From Candidatus Omnitrophota bacterium (lineage in GTDB: Bacteria > Omnitrophota > Gorgyraeia > JAFGHF01): a stretch of DNA of 64,000 nucleotides. The position numbers and the translations under genes are program-made. The notes under the pieces were generated by a model. That model made no database searches. It was not told where the DNA came from and was given only the letters and a program-made list of their open reading frames with translations. The DNA is taken from contig JBHPFV010000002.1 in assembly GCA_042571705.1 (NCBI GenBank), forward strand, positions 46,822 through 110,821, in the 5' to 3' direction. Shown here piece by piece: positions 1 to 8,142 of the stretch (position 1 is its first letter; each line of letters starts with the position of its first letter).

Positions 1-48
1 CCCGATTGAGTTTGGCTCAGCTTCCCGATTGAATTGGGACCTGGTCCT
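1..48. repeat. 23-bp-period mini-array (CGATTGAnTTnn linker plus 11-bp variable or palindromic unit), truncated by the window edge
   Basis: CGATTGA at 3-9 and 26-32; units GCTCAGCTTCC and GACCTGGTCCT; same period and linker at 51630-51686. Confidence 0.7.
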
Positions 49-898
49 ACTTGAGGGAGAGACGGTACTTTTTGAGCATGGCGTCGGGCCGGTAGGATGA
101 TTTGGCGGCTTTCAAGGGTTCCTTGCCTAGGTCTTCTTCGAAATTAAAGTACTTGTATTTGGCGGGTAAAATCCCGGCGAAGTTATTATACATGTATTGA
201 TAGATGCCCTTGAACTGCTTTTTGGCCTTGGCAAAATTAAGCACAAACGTATCGCTGCCTAATTCTTCACCGAGGATAAATCCGGCCGGCTGGTCATTAA
301 CATAATATATGCCGCCGCAAAGCACCAATTCCTCATTCATCTTCAAGGCCTCCAGGCAAGGATAGTAATCAGTAACTTCTTTAGGATCAGGCATCTGTTC
401 TTGCCAGTCTTCTAAAATAGCCAGGGCATCGTCGATTCTCTCCGCGGTTAAGGGTTGAGCTTGGTGTTTATAGAGCGTGGTAAACTGTTTCAGCAGATTA
501 CGTTTATTATGCAACTTGCGGCCCTGATAAGTGGCCATTTTTTTCACGGAATAGATATAATCAGATTCACCGGCATTAAATGAACGCTGAAACTGATCCA
601 GCTTAAATGCATTCAGCCACTGCTCAGGAATCGGGAATAAAAAATCTACGCCTGTTAACAGACTTTTTAAATATCCCTGATCAATTTTTGAAATGTCACT
701 GGTCGGCATCAGATAACTAAACCCGTCATAGCTTTTACCCTTGATAAATAATTCCCGATCAAGGACCAACTCAAAATTATGCAGATCTCTGAATAGATAG
801 AGGTTGGCAAAGCTGTATTCGGAGATCGGGATATTGATCTGTTTCATCCTGGAGAAAAGCAATTGTTTATGTTTTAGTTCTATTTTTTCAGTGCGCAT
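47..898 (-). CDS. DUF2156 / phosphatidylglycerol lysyltransferase C-terminal-like (GNAT-fold) protein
   Basis: SEYSFANLY, DYIY...GRKLHNKRN, GIYQY, NFEEDLG..L..AK.SYRP motifs; start moved to the ATG at 898, which overlaps the upstream stop. Confidence 0.8.
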   Translation of the reverse strand: MRTEKIELKHKQLLFSRMKQINIPISEYSFANLYLFRDLHNFELVLDRELFIKGKSYDGFSYLMPTSDISKIDQGYLKSLLTGVDFLFPIPEQWLNAFKLDQFQRSFNAGESDYIYSVKKMATYQGRKLHNKRNLLKQFTTLYKHQAQPLTAERIDDALAILEDWQEQMPDPKEVTDYYPCLEALKMNEELVLCGGIYYVNDQPAGFILGEELGSDTFVLNFAKAKKQFKGIYQYMYNNFAGILPAKYKYFNFEEDLGKEPLKAAKSSYRPDAMLKKYRLSLK

Positions 899-2090
899 AT
901 TTAGAGAGCAGCTTGCTGATATATTTGTTTTCGGTAAATTTTTCCGTTTGCCAAGAAGCAGCGATTTGCTTTTTATTGGTCGGCCAAAGCTGGATAAAAT
1001 TCTCCCAGCCTGAGATTGGCCCCTCCCGCCTGACCCAGGGCGCATTGGGTAAATACTGATAAATTCCGTCGGGATAAATCCCCCCGGCCACGGCCTTATA
1101 GGTCCAATAAGTCCAGTGAAAACCGCATTTTTTAAATGCGGCCAAGAGATCCTCCAAGAATCTTAATTCCCCATAATATTTTGGCGAACGGTAATTGATA
1201 CCGAATTCACCAACATAAATCGGCACCTGCCACTTTTGCGCTAACTGTTGATAACCGCTGATGACCTGTTGGATTTTTTGCCGGTTCCAGTATTGGCCGT
1301 CAATATATCCGGGATACCTTAAGTGCGGCTGGAAGTTAAAGGTAAAGTTAATCGGAAGATAAACATGGATACTATAGGCTGTGTTTTTGTCTTTGGGCCG
1401 GCCTAAAGGTCTTAATTGCTGGCCATAATGGTTGGCCTCCAAAAATAAGATATGCTTCTGGTCTACTTTTCTGATCTCTTTTGTCACCTGTTGATAAAGC
1501 CGGAGCAAAACTTTATGGTCTTTGATTACGGCTTCATTTAAGACATCATACCCGGCAATAGTCGGTTCATCTTTGTAGCGCGCGGCAATCTCACGCCAGA
1601 CCTTAAAATATAACTCCCGGTTTCTCTTTTCATTCCAGAATAATGCCCGGCCCTCAGAGTCGCTATGCCAATCCGGGTTCTGTGCCCCGGGGGCGGCGTG
1701 CAAATCTAAGATCAGCCAAATCCTTAATTTTCGGCACCAGCTGATTAGGCGATCCAGATAATTCCAGGCCCGCTCTTGCGCAACCAAGCGATAATTAAAC
1801 GGCACCCGGATACAATTAGCGCCCAGATTTTTTATGCGCTTAATATCGGAGGCAGTGATGTAATTTTGGCGGAACAGCTGCTTGAAGTTGGCTAATTCTT
1901 TTTTCCCGTTTACCCGCGCAAAATCTTGTTTTAAAAGATGCGCGGCGAAATTTCGCCCGTGCAAGATATATCCTTCCATCATCAACCAGCAGCCCAAATT
2001 TACTCCGCGCAAAAAGACCGGGCGACCATTTTGTTCAATGATCTGCGTACCCTGGACTCTCAACCAAGATAACTGATCAGCCAATTGCAT
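888..2090 (-). CDS. glycoside hydrolase family 5 (cellulase/glucanase-like)
   Basis: LRGVNLG.W, RVPFNY, ILDLHAAPGAQ, acid/base LNE and nucleophile GEFG; likely start is the ATG at 2090 after an AAAGGGGG RBS. Confidence 0.85.
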   Translation of the reverse strand: MQLADQLSWLRVQGTQIIEQNGRPVFLRGVNLGCWLMMEGYILHGRNFAAHLLKQDFARVNGKKELANFKQLFRQNYITASDIKRIKNLGANCIRVPFNYRLVAQERAWNYLDRLISWCRKLRIWLILDLHAAPGAQNPDWHSDSEGRALFWNEKRNRELYFKVWREIAARYKDEPTIAGYDVLNEAVIKDHKVLLRLYQQVTKEIRKVDQKHILFLEANHYGQQLRPLGRPKDKNTAYSIHVYLPINFTFNFQPHLRYPGYIDGQYWNRQKIQQVISGYQQLAQKWQVPIYVGEFGINYRSPKYYGELRFLEDLLAAFKKCGFHWTYWTYKAVAGGIYPDGIYQYLPNAPWVRREGPISGWENFIQLWPTNKKQIAASWQTEKFTENKYISKLLSKYAH

Positions 2091-2931
2091 ACCCCCTTTT
2101 GTAAAAACAATGCTCAAGCTCAGCAAAGCCCTCAACAGCAACAGTCTCCGGCCGTTGCTGAGGATCAATGCCGGCCTGTTTTAAGGCGCAAGCTATTTGT
2201 TCTTTTTCAATATCAACTAATCGATGAGCCAAAGAATTGGCCATGGTTTTGCGGCGCTGCTGAAAACAGGCCTGGACAATCTTAAAGAACTGCTCCTGCT
2301 GATGGACTTGCACCCGCGGCTGTGGTAGCACTGCTAAACGGACAAACACCGAATCTACCCGAGGTTGGGGATAAAAGGCCTTCTTAGGGATAGCAAAAAG
2401 AATTTTGGCATCGGTAAAGTATTGGACCATGATACTCAAAGAAGAATAATCCTTGGTCCTGGTTTCAGCTACCAGGCGCTTTCCGACTTCACGCTGCACA
2501 GTAATAAATATTTCAGCAATATTCTTTCTCTGCTCCTCTAATAAACATCCGATAATCGGGGTGCTGATATAATAGGGAAGATTCCCGATTACTTTTAGGT
2601 CCGCCTCAGTAATCTTATTGATGTTGACATCTAAAATATCCGCGCGCATAAACTTAAGGCTGCTATATTTGTTTAGATTGCGTTGTAATATTTTGAATAA
2701 CCCTTTGTCCTTCTCCACCGCGATGACCTCTTGAGCCTGTTTAGCTAAATCTTCGGTCAGCGCGCCTAAGCCCGGGCCAATTTCCAGGACCTGATCGGTC
2801 GGGTTGATCCGGGTGGCTTGAATCAGTTTTTTCTGGATGTTCTGATCAACCAGAAAATTCTGCCCGCGGTACTTGCTGATCCCGATCCGCTCCCGCCTCA
2901 ACACCTCTTTTATCTCTTTAATTGTCAGCAT
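2077..2931 (-). CDS. rsmA: 16S rRNA m6,2A dimethyltransferase
   Basis: GQNFL, EIGPGLGALT, GNLPYYISTPI, F.P.PRVDS, FQQRRKT. Confidence 0.95.
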   Translation of the reverse strand: MLTIKEIKEVLRRERIGISKYRGQNFLVDQNIQKKLIQATRINPTDQVLEIGPGLGALTEDLAKQAQEVIAVEKDKGLFKILQRNLNKYSSLKFMRADILDVNINKITEADLKVIGNLPYYISTPIIGCLLEEQRKNIAEIFITVQREVGKRLVAETRTKDYSSLSIMVQYFTDAKILFAIPKKAFYPQPRVDSVFVRLAVLPQPRVQVHQQEQFFKIVQACFQQRRKTMANSLAHRLVDIEKEQIACALKQAGIDPQQRPETVAVEGFAELEHCFYKRGYAIG

Positions 2932-2955
2932 CTCTTCTCTTCTTCTCTATCTATA

Positions 2956-3070
2956 CAGGGCTCGGGGTCCTGTCTCGGGTGCGCTTTCGGTGCTCGTTCC
3001 CCTAAAGGGGTGGGCCTTGCCCTCCTTTAGACAAGGGCCCTAGATTACAGTCCCTGGCTGCCGAAGGCAG
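2956..3070 (-). ncRNA. candidate structured RNA or leader upstream of rsmA (unassigned family)
   Basis: GC-rich; outer pairing CAGGGACT/AGCCCTG; inner stem GGGCCCTTG/CAAGGCCC whose loop CTAAAGG can pair with downstream CCTTTAG; no known family recognised. Confidence 0.35.
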
Positions 3071-3166
3071 ACAAGAAACTTATACTATCTGTGTTTTCTC
3101 TCACTGCGCGCCGAAAGCTAGCACCCTCGCCACCCCTCGCCAACATCGATGATTGCACATGCGAGC

Positions 3167-3439
3167 TGTTTTTGCATTTAAATGCTGGTGGGCGGCTAAG
3201 CGGCCATCAGCAATTTATTGGCAATAGAGTTGTGAGCATTTACAGTGAGCAAATGGCGGAACTGACCGAGAACTCACCCAATTATATTCTTACGAGGGAA
3301 TTCCGCCAAATTTGCGAACTGCCTCTCCTTAAATTCACAGTTTAGCAGGCCACGAGCGAAGCGAGTGGTAAATGCCACAACTCGGCAAAAAATTGCAGGC
3401 CGCGAGACGCACACCAGCATTCAACAAAGAACAAAAACA
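3167..3439. repeat. long nested-hairpin element, copy A
   Basis: core 3220-3394 is nearly identical to 52970-53143; arms TGTTTTTG/CAAAAACA, AATGCTGGTG/CACCAGCATT, GCGGCC/GGCCGC, GAGTTGTG(A)GCATTTAC/GTAAATGCCACAACTC. Confidence 0.85.
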
Positions 3440-3480
3440 CCGAGCAAAAGTCAGTCCGCGTGAGTCAGACCCTGAGTCAG

Positions 3481-5202
3481 TCATTTGTCTCGCTTTTGCT
3501 TGATTGCCCGGAGCAGTTTTTCCAAGGGCAGGGTGTTGATCAGGTCTTGCTTCTGCAGCCATCCCCGCCTGGCAACCGTAACCCCTAACGGCATAAATTG
3601 TAAATGCTCAAGGGTATGGGCGTCAGTGTTAATCGACATCCGCACCCCTAATTCCTGCGCCCGGCGACAGTTAACATCGATCAAATCCAATCGATCAGGA
3701 AAGGCGCTGATTTCCATAAACGTATTAGTCTCAGCGGCCTTTTTCAATACCGCTTCGATATCTAAAGCATAAGGCTCACGCTGAGCTAACAGCCTGCCCG
3801 ATGGATGGGCGATGATGCTGACATATTTATTTTCCATTGCCGAGATCATCCGCTGAGTCAGCTGTTGCCGGCTTTGCTTAAAACCAGTGTGGATAGCGGC
3901 GACGACGATATCCAGCTGCTTTAATACTCTATCCGGGTAGTCTAAGCTGCCGTCTGACTTGATATCCACCTCACTGCCGGATAAAATTCGAAAACCTTTT
4001 AATTTTTTATTTATTTTATGAATAAGTTCGCTCTGTTTCTTTAAACGATCAATACTTAAGCCATTGGCAATTTTTATTGATTGCGAGTGATCGCAAATTG
4101 CAATATACTGATAGCCCATGGCCGCCGCGGACCGAACCAGATCTTCAATCTTGACCGTGCCGTCACTCCAGCGAGAATGCAGATGTAAATCCCCCTTGAT
4201 TGATGAGAACTCGACTAGTTTGGGTAAGGCACTATTCTGTGCCGCCTCAATTTCACCCCTGTCTTCACGCAGCTCCGCGGGTATCGGGTCGAGTTTAAGC
4301 TGCCTGTATATTTCCTGTTCAGTCTTTCCGGCTAGCCATTTTTTATTTTTAAATACTCCATATTCATTAATCTTTAAGCCTTGCTTGATCGCTAACTGAC
4401 GCAGTTTGATATTGTGCTGTGTAGACCCGGTAAAATATAATAATGCCGCCCCAAAGCTTTTCGGCTCGACCACACGCAGATCGACCTGGATATCATTCTG
4501 GCTCAAAATGCTGGATTTTGTCGCGCCTTTTGCTAACACCCGTTTTACTTGTGGCAACTGGGTAAAAACATCCATAACTTTTTTTGGCCGCACAGATGTA
4601 ATCAGGATATCAATGTCTCTGACCGTTTCTTTCTTGCGCCTTAATGATCCGGCCGGCTCAATTTGCTTGATTTCCTTTAGTTTTGCTAAGGCGCCGGTAA
4701 ACTCATCCGCTATGGCCTTAGCCTGCGCCAAAGGCATTCTTTCTTTAGCTTTTTTAACTAAGGCGATCCCCCGGCGAATATTCTCTTCTGTTTTTTCTTT
4801 AAACCCGGGCAAATCCCTGATCTGATGCTTCGACACCGCTTGTTCTAAGTGTTTTAGACTTCTGACGTTTAATTTGTCATATAGGGTCTTGGCGGTCTTA
4901 GGTCCTACTCCGGGCACAGACATCAAAATAGTCAGCCCTTCCGGTATATTGTCGCAAAGCTCTTGATAAAATTTAAGCTTGCCGGTGTTGACAATCTCCT
5001 TTATTTTCTCGGCTAAGTCCTGACCGATTCCGGGGATTTGCTCCAGCGCCTCTTTGGCTGCTAAGTCTTCCACGGCTTGAGGCAGCGACTCAATATTTTG
5101 TGCAGCCTTCAGATAGGCCCGAATGCGAAACGGATTTTGATCCTGAATCTCTAAAATCTCAGCGATTTGACGAAAGATCTGGGCTACTTCCTTATTTTTC
5201 AT
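3481..5202 (-). CDS. polX: DNA polymerase X / PHP-domain protein
   Basis: NPFRIRAY, AGSLRR...DIDIL, YFTGS..HN, PHP motifs GDLHLHS.WSDG, AHPSGR, NTDAH. Confidence 0.95.
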   Translation of the reverse strand: MKNKEVAQIFRQIAEILEIQDQNPFRIRAYLKAAQNIESLPQAVEDLAAKEALEQIPGIGQDLAEKIKEIVNTGKLKFYQELCDNIPEGLTILMSVPGVGPKTAKTLYDKLNVRSLKHLEQAVSKHQIRDLPGFKEKTEENIRRGIALVKKAKERMPLAQAKAIADEFTGALAKLKEIKQIEPAGSLRRKKETVRDIDILITSVRPKKVMDVFTQLPQVKRVLAKGATKSSILSQNDIQVDLRVVEPKSFGAALLYFTGSTQHNIKLRQLAIKQGLKINEYGVFKNKKWLAGKTEQEIYRQLKLDPIPAELREDRGEIEAAQNSALPKLVEFSSIKGDLHLHSRWSDGTVKIEDLVRSAAAMGYQYIAICDHSQSIKIANGLSIDRLKKQSELIHKINKKLKGFRILSGSEVDIKSDGSLDYPDRVLKQLDIVVAAIHTGFKQSRQQLTQRMISAMENKYVSIIAHPSGRLLAQREPYALDIEAVLKKAAETNTFMEISAFPDRLDLIDVNCRRAQELGVRMSINTDAHTLEHLQFMPLGVTVARRGWLQKQDLINTLPLEKLLRAIKQKRDK

Positions 5203-5204
5203 TT

Positions 5205-6266
5205 CTAAAATTTATTTAAGCGCTGCAGCGCTTTAAACTTTTGCACTTGGCCGACTTTTGCCTCGGCCACGGCCTGTTTAAGAATCTGAATAGTGCGGTC
5301 GTAACCGCTCCTGTTGACCGGATAAGGATGGCCGTCTTTGCCACCGTGAGCAAAACTAAAACGTACCGGATCGCGAAAAGAAGGACTCAAGCCCCAAATC
5401 AACTCAGAAATTAACGCTAGCGACCGGATAGTCTTGGGCCCCACTCCGGGTGTGCCTAATAATTGCTCAAAGTCTTGCGGCTGACGCAGATAAGTCTTCA
5501 AAAGTATCCGTTTTAAATTCTCCGGCCGGATGTCGTCCAAAGAAACCGGATGTCGCGAGCTGAGCCGCAACTTATTTAATCCGGCTAATACCTTTTCCGG
5601 TTTAAGCGCGCTCAAATCGGCGCTACGCCTGCGGCAGCTTTGACTCTCCTGGGCGACCATATTCAAGGTCTTGTGTTTTTGGTCGCAACAAACCGCATGA
5701 TGCGGCTCACAGACAAAATCGTTGAGCGTCTCACTCAGCCAATGGTAGCGTCGAGCATATCGAGATTGGCGATTCATCCCTTGCTGGACCACCGACCACT
5801 TTCCCTGCTTGGTAAAAATAAACATATGCTGGTAAAGAGTGTAGCCGTCTTGTAAGGCGGCATTATCTACCTTGGCTGACATTCTACTGGCATAAATTAG
5901 TTTATCGGGAACAACATCAATTAAACGGGCCTGGCCAATCCGATCAATTTCTTCCGGAGTCTTACGTGAAGTGGCCCCCTTGCCCCCGGCAAAGTAAAGC
6001 CCTAACTCCCGGCCAGTGTCTTGTAGTCCCGCTTTTAACGCTGCGCAAACCGTAGTAGTCAGGCCGCTGGAGTGCCAATCAAAACCTAAACAGCAGCCAA
6101 AGGCCTGAAACCAAAATGGGTCACTGATCCGGTTCAGGAACTCATCGGCGCCGTGTTCTTTGACAATTGCGTAAACAATCTCCCGAGCCAGGCCGCTCAT
6201 CCGGCTGAACAGCCAACGCGGGGCCTGCCCATAATGCAATGGTAAATTAGCAATACCGGTGCGCAT
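5205..6266 (-). CDS. DUF763 family protein
   Basis: GIANLPLHYG.AP.WL, SDPFWFQAFGC.LGFDWHSSGLTT, FAHGGKDGHPYPV. Confidence 0.9.
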   Translation of the reverse strand: MRTGIANLPLHYGQAPRWLFSRMSGLAREIVYAIVKEHGADEFLNRISDPFWFQAFGCCLGFDWHSSGLTTTVCAALKAGLQDTGRELGLYFAGGKGATSRKTPEEIDRIGQARLIDVVPDKLIYASRMSAKVDNAALQDGYTLYQHMFIFTKQGKWSVVQQGMNRQSRYARRYHWLSETLNDFVCEPHHAVCCDQKHKTLNMVAQESQSCRRRSADLSALKPEKVLAGLNKLRLSSRHPVSLDDIRPENLKRILLKTYLRQPQDFEQLLGTPGVGPKTIRSLALISELIWGLSPSFRDPVRFSFAHGGKDGHPYPVNRSGYDRTIQILKQAVAEAKVGQVQKFKALQRLNKF

Positions 6267-6278
6267 AATCTAAAATAT

Positions 6279-7412
6279 TCAGAGTAACCCGGATACGATT
6301 TTCTCTACATAACCGCCAATAAATGCAGCCGAAGTAAGGCCTGGAGAGTCAATGCCGATAAGATTCACAAAACCCGGAAAACCATTATCTTCTTCATGGC
6401 AAATCACAAAGTCTCTAACATCCTCATTTGGGCCTTGCAACTTTGCTCTAATGCCGGCGGTATCAGCGGTTAGATCATCAACCTCAATAAAAGGCAAGAA
6501 CCTGCCCGCATCTTGAGCAAATTTAGCTCGCTGAGTAAGGTCGATATCATAATTCACTGCGTCTTTTTCAATGTAGCTGGCGTCCGGGCCTAAACGCAAG
6601 CCCTGGTCTAAATCAGGCGTAGCGTGAATCCCTAAAGACACACCGCTGGAATCCGGAACCGGGTAAATTAAACGTTTAACCAAAGCGCTTTTGGCGTTAC
6701 TGAGACGAAAGTATTGACCCTTGCAATACTTGAGTAAATAGCGCTTCTTTTTTATATCTATACCTACCGAATCAGCCAGGCTCGCGCTGTTGAGACCGGC
6801 GCAATTAATTAGGATCTTGGTAGAAAAGCTAAAATCAGAACCGTCGGCATCACGCACAAAGACTGTGTAGCCTTGTTTATCCTTGCTAAGCCGGGCAGCC
6901 TCAGTCCGCCAGGCGAATTCCACCCCCGCCGCTTGAGCTTGTTGAAAAAAATACCGCATCAGGTTATGTGAATCAACTATCCCGGTTTCCGGAGAATAGA
7001 GCGCAGCCTGGGCCTCTACAGCAGGCTCTAATCTTTTAATCGCCTGGCGATCCAGAATTTCCAGGCCGGACACACCGTTATTTTGCCCGTTTTGCTGCAA
7101 CTGCTCTAATTGCCTGATTTCTGCAGCTGTTGAGGCCACAATTAATTTGCCTAATTTCTTGTAAGCAATATTATTGTTCTGACAAATTTCGTAGGTCAGG
7201 CGATTACCCTCTACGCAAGCCAAGGCCTTTAAGCTGTTGGGCGGATAGTAAATCCCGGCATGGATGACTTCACTGTTTCTACTTGAGGCCTCCTGACCGA
7301 AGCCTGCAAGCGTCTCCAAAACATAAATTGAGCGATTTTTTCCAGCCAGCTTATCGGCCACGGCCAAGCCAATGATTCCCGCTCCGATAATGGTAATGTC
7401 AATACTTTCCAT
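6279..7412 (-). CDS. FAD-dependent oxidoreductase, L-2-hydroxyglutarate oxidase (LhgO)-like
   Basis: GAGIIG, SSRNSEVIHAGIYY, GIDSPGLTS. Confidence 0.85.
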   Translation of the reverse strand: MESIDITIIGAGIIGLAVADKLAGKNRSIYVLETLAGFGQEASSRNSEVIHAGIYYPPNSLKALACVEGNRLTYEICQNNNIAYKKLGKLIVASTAAEIRQLEQLQQNGQNNGVSGLEILDRQAIKRLEPAVEAQAALYSPETGIVDSHNLMRYFFQQAQAAGVEFAWRTEAARLSKDKQGYTVFVRDADGSDFSFSTKILINCAGLNSASLADSVGIDIKKKRYLLKYCKGQYFRLSNAKSALVKRLIYPVPDSSGVSLGIHATPDLDQGLRLGPDASYIEKDAVNYDIDLTQRAKFAQDAGRFLPFIEVDDLTADTAGIRAKLQGPNEDVRDFVICHEEDNGFPGFVNLIGIDSPGLTSAAFIGGYVEKIVSGLL

Positions 7413-7469
7413 AAACTTTTCTGGGCAGGCCAGCCTGCCATCTCATAAGCTAGGACGGGGCACACCCGC

Positions 7470-8099
7470 CTACCCTGCTATAAGCTGGGCGGGCAGACCA
7501 ATATCGGCTACAGTCAATTTGCCAACATATGCTTTAGCCGGTGAGCAGGTCAACCCCTTTTTTACCAAACTAAAAGTAACAGTGTGTTTGGCCTTTATCG
7601 CTACTCCACAGACACGGCCTGAGGTCGCATCAATCCCCGAAGGGACATCTAAGGAAAGGGTCGGTTTTGCCGCCGCATTAATAGAACTGATCACTTCGGC
7701 GTAAGGCTGGCGCAGATTACTTTTTAACCCAATGCCAAAAATGGCATCAACCACTAAGTCGCACTTTTTTAATGTACTCTTTAAAGCAGCTGCATTATTA
7801 GCAACAACATTCAGCCCTTGCTTACGCAGAATTTGATAATTGATCTTGGCTGCATTCGGCATTTTTCTACTGCGGCCAAAGAAGAAGACCTTAACTTTTA
7901 GCCCCCAATTGATTAGGTGTCGGGCGCAGACGAAACCATCGCCGCCATTATTCCCGGGCCCGCAAAAAATTACTACTTTAGTCTGACCGGCTCTTAACAT
8001 CTTTAGTGCGCAAACAGCGCTCACCCGGCCGGCGTTTTCCATCAAGACTACGGCCGGAATCCCAAATCTGGCCACAGCAATCCGGTCTATTTGCTGCAT
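7470..8099 (-). CDS. nnrE: NAD(P)H-hydrate epimerase (stand-alone YjeF N-terminal domain)
   Basis: LMENAG, CGPGNNGGDG, VDAIFGIG, DVPSG, ADIG. Confidence 0.9.
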   Translation of the reverse strand: MQQIDRIAVARFGIPAVVLMENAGRVSAVCALKMLRAGQTKVVIFCGPGNNGGDGFVCARHLINWGLKVKVFFFGRSRKMPNAAKINYQILRKQGLNVVANNAAALKSTLKKCDLVVDAIFGIGLKSNLRQPYAEVISSINAAAKPTLSLDVPSGIDATSGRVCGVAIKAKHTVTFSLVKKGLTCSPAKAYVGKLTVADIGLPAQLIAG

Positions 8100-8142
8100 T
8101 CTCTTCGCTGATACGGTTTTAATTTTAACTTTTTTATTCCTT

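Noticed and set aside
2956-3056. c-di-AMP, glycine or SRP RNA assignment
   Set aside because: Only scattered short word matches (GGGGAAC, CCGAAAG); the diagnostic conserved segments are missing.
3227-3383. Diversity-generating retroelement template/variable repeat pair or retron ncRNA
   Set aside because: There is no reverse transcriptase in the window, neither copy lies in a credible ORF, and the differences are not adenine-specific.
3091-3562. ORFs 3091-3345 (+) and 3335-3562 (-)
   Set aside because: They run across the hairpin element and the polX end. The second hairpin copy has indels that would break the frames.
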